DNA of 38,839 bases from a virus (lineage: Duplodnaviria; Caudoviricetes). Positions 35,347 to 38,839 of this stretch are shown here, piece by piece. Made by a program: the position numbers and the translations under genes. The notes beneath the pieces were generated by a model that made no database searches, was not told the DNA's origin, and saw only the letters and a program-made list of their open reading frames with translations. The stretch spans positions 1 through 38,839 of the IMG/VR virus record IMGVR_UViG_3300034980_000491. The stretch is one strand, 5' to 3'. Positions within the stretch are counted from its first letter, which is position 1, and each line of letters begins with the position of its first letter.

Positions 35347-37434
35347 ATGCCATCTGCAATTACTTTTAATGGAAATTTGACCCGGCGACCGGGTGTTTAC
35401 GCAACCATCGACGTTTCGGCTCTTCAGCAGAACACGCTTTCGATCAATCGCGTGGCCATCGTTGCGGATATGCCGTTCTTGAAGCCAAACACGGCCAAGA
35501 CGATCACGACGCAAAACGGATTGAAAAGCATTGAACCCGCTTCTGCTTTCCTGAAAAACGTAGCGAAGATCCTTTACAACCCGGCAAACGATGATCGGGT
35601 GTCTGGGAAACCGTCTGCGGTCATTCTTATCAGTCCAAACGCCTCTACACAGGCGTTCAAGGTTCTGCTGGGAACGAGCGCCATCGGTTCTTCGTCAGGA
35701 AATTCCGCGACCATCAAGGCTCGCGCCTACGGTGAAGTCGGGAATCGAACGACTCTGAGCATTGCGGCGGCGGCGGGCACCACGGACACCAAACTTCGAG
35801 ACATGACTGTTTCCCGGGATGGCGTGAGCGAGACGTTCACAAAACTCGGAAGCGGCCCTGTGGTGGAGTTGAAGGTCGAAGGCAACGCCCTTTACGGAAC
35901 GGGAGATGTGGAACTCACATACACTCGAACGGGCGGGTTGCAGCTTGATCAAACCCTTCAGGGAGCACCGGCTTCTGCTCTCAGCGGTACTGGTTCTAGT
36001 TTTACGACAGCATTTGGTGCTGGCGCTACTCTCCTGACAAGCGATGTTTTGAAAATCAACTGTGCGGGCAATGCCTCCATCGCCGGAACGGACACGCATA
36101 CGGTCACGGTGACAGGCTTGAATGAGCTTGGCGCAGCGACTACGGAAACACTCGGTTTTTCAAGCGGTGATGATGCAAAGACAACCACGGCGAAGTGGAG
36201 TCAGATCACAAGCATTGCCGGTGCTGCGGCTGCTAGTGGAGCCACAACCTTTACGTTTGTTCCTCGCTACACCGTTGGTCCGTCAGCCCTTGCGAAAGTT
36301 TCGGATTTGGTGGACTTGATCAATTCCTTCTCTGCGAATGGTCTCTCTGCCACCACGGTAAATCCCGCAGCTTTGGACTTTCCGTTCAACAAACTTGATG
36401 ACTTCACCACAACGGACATCAACGTAGATTCGACGCCCGGGGCAGGAGTTGCTTCGTCCTTTCGTGCGGACTTGTATCAGACCGTTTCGGTCATCAATGG
36501 CAAGTCAGCACTGGTTTCGATTGCAGAGGAAACTACGCCGAAGGCGGGGCCTCTGAACGCAATCAGCACAACCTTGGCCAGCGGGACGCAAGAAGCCGCC
36601 CCAGCCGGATCGTCTTGGGAAACGGCGCTTACTGTTCTTCGAAACAAGACGCTTGATCCACAGGTCATTGTTGTGATGTCCACGGATCAGGCCATAGCGA
36701 AGTCCGCACGGGCGCACTGCGCGTACATGGCGGGCGTGGGTGCCAATGAATGCAATGTGTGGGTGGGACAACCTAGCTTGGCGGCTCTTGGCGATTCGAC
36801 AACGGCGTCGAGCCTCGTTGCCAACGTCAACGCTTTGAACTCGCGCCATGTGTCAACGGTATTCCAAGACATCTTCATTGAAGATGCGTTGGGTGAATCC
36901 AGTTGGTTCCCGCCACAGTGGACAGCCTTGATGCTTGCGGGAATCCAAGCGGGCACGGACATTGGAATTCCAATGACTCGAAAGCTGGCAAACGTGCTGA
37001 ACGTGCGACAAAACGCGAACATCAATCTGTCAAACGACATTGAGACGCTTTTACAACACGGTCTTGTGACCCTCATGCCTTCTACGCTTGGCTTTCAAGT
37101 GGAAAGGAGCGTCACTACCTATCTGACGACCGACAACGCTGTGTTTTCGGAAGTCTCAGCAAATGAGTCGGTCAATACGTCGATTCGAGACCTTCGTGCA
37201 TATTTGGATTCCATCATTGGAGATCCCAATGTTTCCACAACGAAGGGTCGGATCAAATCCACGGTCTTAGCTCGATTGGAAAAGCAAGTTGAGACAGACA
37301 TCATTAAAGCGTTTCAAGGCGATAGCGTGGAAGTCGAAGACCTTGGAGACCGATATCGAGTTAAATATGTTGCGGCACCTGTCTTCCCCATCAACTTCGT
37401 GTTGATTGAAGCCACGTTCGTTAGCAGCATTTAG
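35347..37434 (+). CDS. Tail sheath protein
   Basis: RRPGVYATIDVS, ARAYGEVGN, AHCAYM, PMTRK, LLQHG, ERSVTTY and APVFPINFVLI. Confidence 0.93.
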   Translation: MPSAITFNGNLTRRPGVYATIDVSALQQNTLSINRVAIVADMPFLKPNTAKTITTQNGLKSIEPASAFLKNVAKILYNPANDDRVSGKPSAVILISPNASTQAFKVLLGTSAIGSSSGNSATIKARAYGEVGNRTTLSIAAAAGTTDTKLRDMTVSRDGVSETFTKLGSGPVVELKVEGNALYGTGDVELTYTRTGGLQLDQTLQGAPASALSGTGSSFTTAFGAGATLLTSDVLKINCAGNASIAGTDTHTVTVTGLNELGAATTETLGFSSGDDAKTTTAKWSQITSIAGAAAASGATTFTFVPRYTVGPSALAKVSDLVDLINSFSANGLSATTVNPAALDFPFNKLDDFTTTDINVDSTPGAGVASSFRADLYQTVSVINGKSALVSIAEETTPKAGPLNAISTTLASGTQEAAPAGSSWETALTVLRNKTLDPQVIVVMSTDQAIAKSARAHCAYMAGVGANECNVWVGQPSLAALGDSTTASSLVANVNALNSRHVSTVFQDIFIEDALGESSWFPPQWTALMLAGIQAGTDIGIPMTRKLANVLNVRQNANINLSNDIETLLQHGLVTLMPSTLGFQVERSVTTYLTTDNAVFSEVSANESVNTSIRDLRAYLDSIIGDPNVSTTKGRIKSTVLARLEKQVETDIIKAFQGDSVEVEDLGDRYRVKYVAAPVFPINFVLIEATFVSSI

Positions 37435-37450
37435 TTAGAGGAGACGGCAA

Positions 37451-37882
37451 ATGGCTGAAAAAAGAGCTTTTTCTGGGGCGCGGGCGATCCTGCGGATCAA
37501 CGGAAAGGAAGTAGGATACGCGACGGGCGTCAACGGTACGGAGACAATCGACTATCAGCCCATCGAGGTTTTGGGTGAAGTCGATGTCCTTGAGTACGAG
37601 GTTGTTGCACGTCGAGTGAACTTCACTGCTTCTTTCGTTCGAATTATCGACTCGTCTCTTTTCGCACAGGGATTTTTCCCAAAAGGCGGACAGGGAACGA
37701 CCGCCGATCTAGTTAACTTCCCCTCGATGGAAGCAGACGTTTTTGACACGGTGGGAGACAAGCCCATGTACCGATTTTCGGGCGTGAAGCCGACCACGCG
37801 GTCGTTCACGGTGGATCGCGGAAGCGTAATGACAACGAATGCTTCCTTTGTGGCGACACGCATGGTGGACGAGTCTCTATGA
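37451..37882 (+). CDS. Tail tube protein
   Basis: FSGARAILRINGKEVGYATGV...YQPIEVLGE; follows the sheath gene. Confidence 0.9.
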   Translation: MAEKRAFSGARAILRINGKEVGYATGVNGTETIDYQPIEVLGEVDVLEYEVVARRVNFTASFVRIIDSSLFAQGFFPKGGQGTTADLVNFPSMEADVFDTVGDKPMYRFSGVKPTTRSFTVDRGSVMTTNASFVATRMVDESL

Positions 37883-37907
37883 TGGAATTTTTTACAGGGG
37901 ATGACCG

Positions 37908-38366
37908 ATGGCTGAAAAGCTGGACCTACGGGCCTTAAAACAAGAAATCGCGGAAGAGCAATTAGATCATAAAGAAGATAAAGAGGAGCAACTTACGGAA
38001 CGGGAGATCCCATTCGAAGTTGTTTACCACTCGCCAGAAGGAACGCTTACCGATGTTCTTACCAGTCAAATCCTCAGTGGGGATGACAGGCGGCTGGTTG
38101 GGATTGCGGCGGCGAAGCTGTCCTTGCCCGTTCAATTTGATTATTTGCCAGCGAGTGAGCAAGCGAGGCTTAGTGCAATCTCTATTTGTACTTACCAGTT
38201 GAAAGACCCGCCTGCGTGGGTTTTGCGATGGATTCAGGAAGATATAGTTTTGCTTGATAGTATCTCTCGTGTTTTGGAGGAACACGAGTCCACATACTTT
38301 CGCAGAGACTCGGGAGAGGGTGGAGAAGATTCGGGATCTTCCCGAGTGGAGATTTCTACAAAATGA
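37908..38366 (+). CDS. Tail assembly chaperone
   Basis: Lies between tube and tape measure genes; LKDPPAW...TYFR. Confidence 0.75.
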   Translation: MAEKLDLRALKQEIAEEQLDHKEDKEEQLTEREIPFEVVYHSPEGTLTDVLTSQILSGDDRRLVGIAAAKLSLPVQFDYLPASEQARLSAISICTYQLKDPPAWVLRWIQEDIVLLDSISRVLEEHESTYFRRDSGEGGEDSGSSRVEISTK

Positions 38367-38586
38367 TCTTCCCTCTCTTCCTCAAAGCAAGTTAAGTCCC
38401 TCGTGGTTCAATGCCTCGCCTGCGGATCTCTTGGAAGCAGCGTTTCTTCGCGTAGAAGATTCTGACTGGAAAAGAGTTGTAACGAAAACGAATGCCCTGC
38501 CGGGTAAGCCTGTGGTAACAGGAGACCCCGTAATCGATCAAAGAGAGCAGGAGTTTTTCGAAAAGCAGGAGCGAGTCGGTGGCTGA
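38299..38586 (+). CDS. Tail chaperone extension in the +1 frame (probably reached by frameshift)
   Basis: The +1 frame is open across TTT CGC (38298-38303), has no convincing start of its own, ends TGDPVIDQREQE and overlaps the tape-measure start. Confidence 0.6.
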   Translation, partial: FAETRERVEKIRDLPEWRFLQNDLPSLPQSKLSPSWFNASPADLLEAAFLRVEDSDWKRVVTKTNALPGKPVVTGDPVIDQREQEFFEKQERVGG

Positions 38587-38839
38587 AAACAAACATAAAA
38601 CAAGAATTGAAGTTGAGTTTGACGACACCCAATCCAATCGCGCTCTTGACGGCCTTCAATCCCGCCTAAATCGAGTTCTCCAAACCGTAAATCAAATCTC
38701 TTCATCCTCTCGCGGCATGGTAGGCCCCGTATCGGGCGCTGGCGGCGGCGGTGGCGGCTTCGGTGGCGGCGGAGGCGGCGGAGGTATGCGCGGAGGCGCT
38801 GGAGGCGGCGGAGGCGGCGCTGGGGGCGGTGGAGGCGCA
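38579..38839 (+). CDS. Probable tape measure protein, N-terminal fragment (3' truncated)
   Basis: AGGAG RBS before GTG; MAENKHKTRIEVEFDDTQSNRALDGLQSRL followed by poly-Gly; follows the chaperone genes. Confidence 0.7.
   Translation, partial: MAENKHKTRIEVEFDDTQSNRALDGLQSRLNRVLQTVNQISSSSRGMVGPVSGAGGGGGGFGGGGGGGGMRGGAGGGGGGAGGGGGA

Noticed and set aside
38340-38366. Canonical -1 slippery site in the tail chaperone
   Set aside because: The downstream ORF is in the +1 frame, and no suitable X XXY YYZ heptamer was seen.
38740-38839. GGC-rich repeat as a regulatory or G-quadruplex element
   Set aside because: Explained by a poly-Gly tract in the probable tape measure reading frame.

Overview
The window is part of a tailed dsDNA bacteriophage genome with a contractile tail (myovirus). 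Its head and tail gene order resembles SPO1/Twort-like phages, but the host cannot be determined from the sequence. Left to right: the end of a P4/D5-type primase-helicase, an iteron-like probable origin, a VRR-NUC nuclease and a probable small terminase. A ~5.8 kb minus-strand early-type cassette follows, with small genes, sigma70-like promoters overlapped by a shared palindrome, repeated hairpin+RBS spacers, tRNA-Lys(UUU) and a tRNA-Leu(UAA) nested in an ORF. The plus-strand late module then encodes the large terminase, three probable virion-internal polyproteins, portal, CHAP hydrolase, MuF-like protein, prohead protease, scaffold, major capsid, neck, sheath, tube, tail chaperone and the tape-measure start. 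The best candidate for a new system is the polyprotein set. ART-like, GNAT-like and beta-clamp-like domains are linked to a repeated F[ST]xI..LxK/GGGPYIGPRGGKWADxxHxIPWK tag. A 21-aa peptide behind the GNAT domain is duplicated onto an early gene 13 kb away, suggesting a protease-armed effector with an early antidote. All family calls come from motif recognition by eye; no database search was run.
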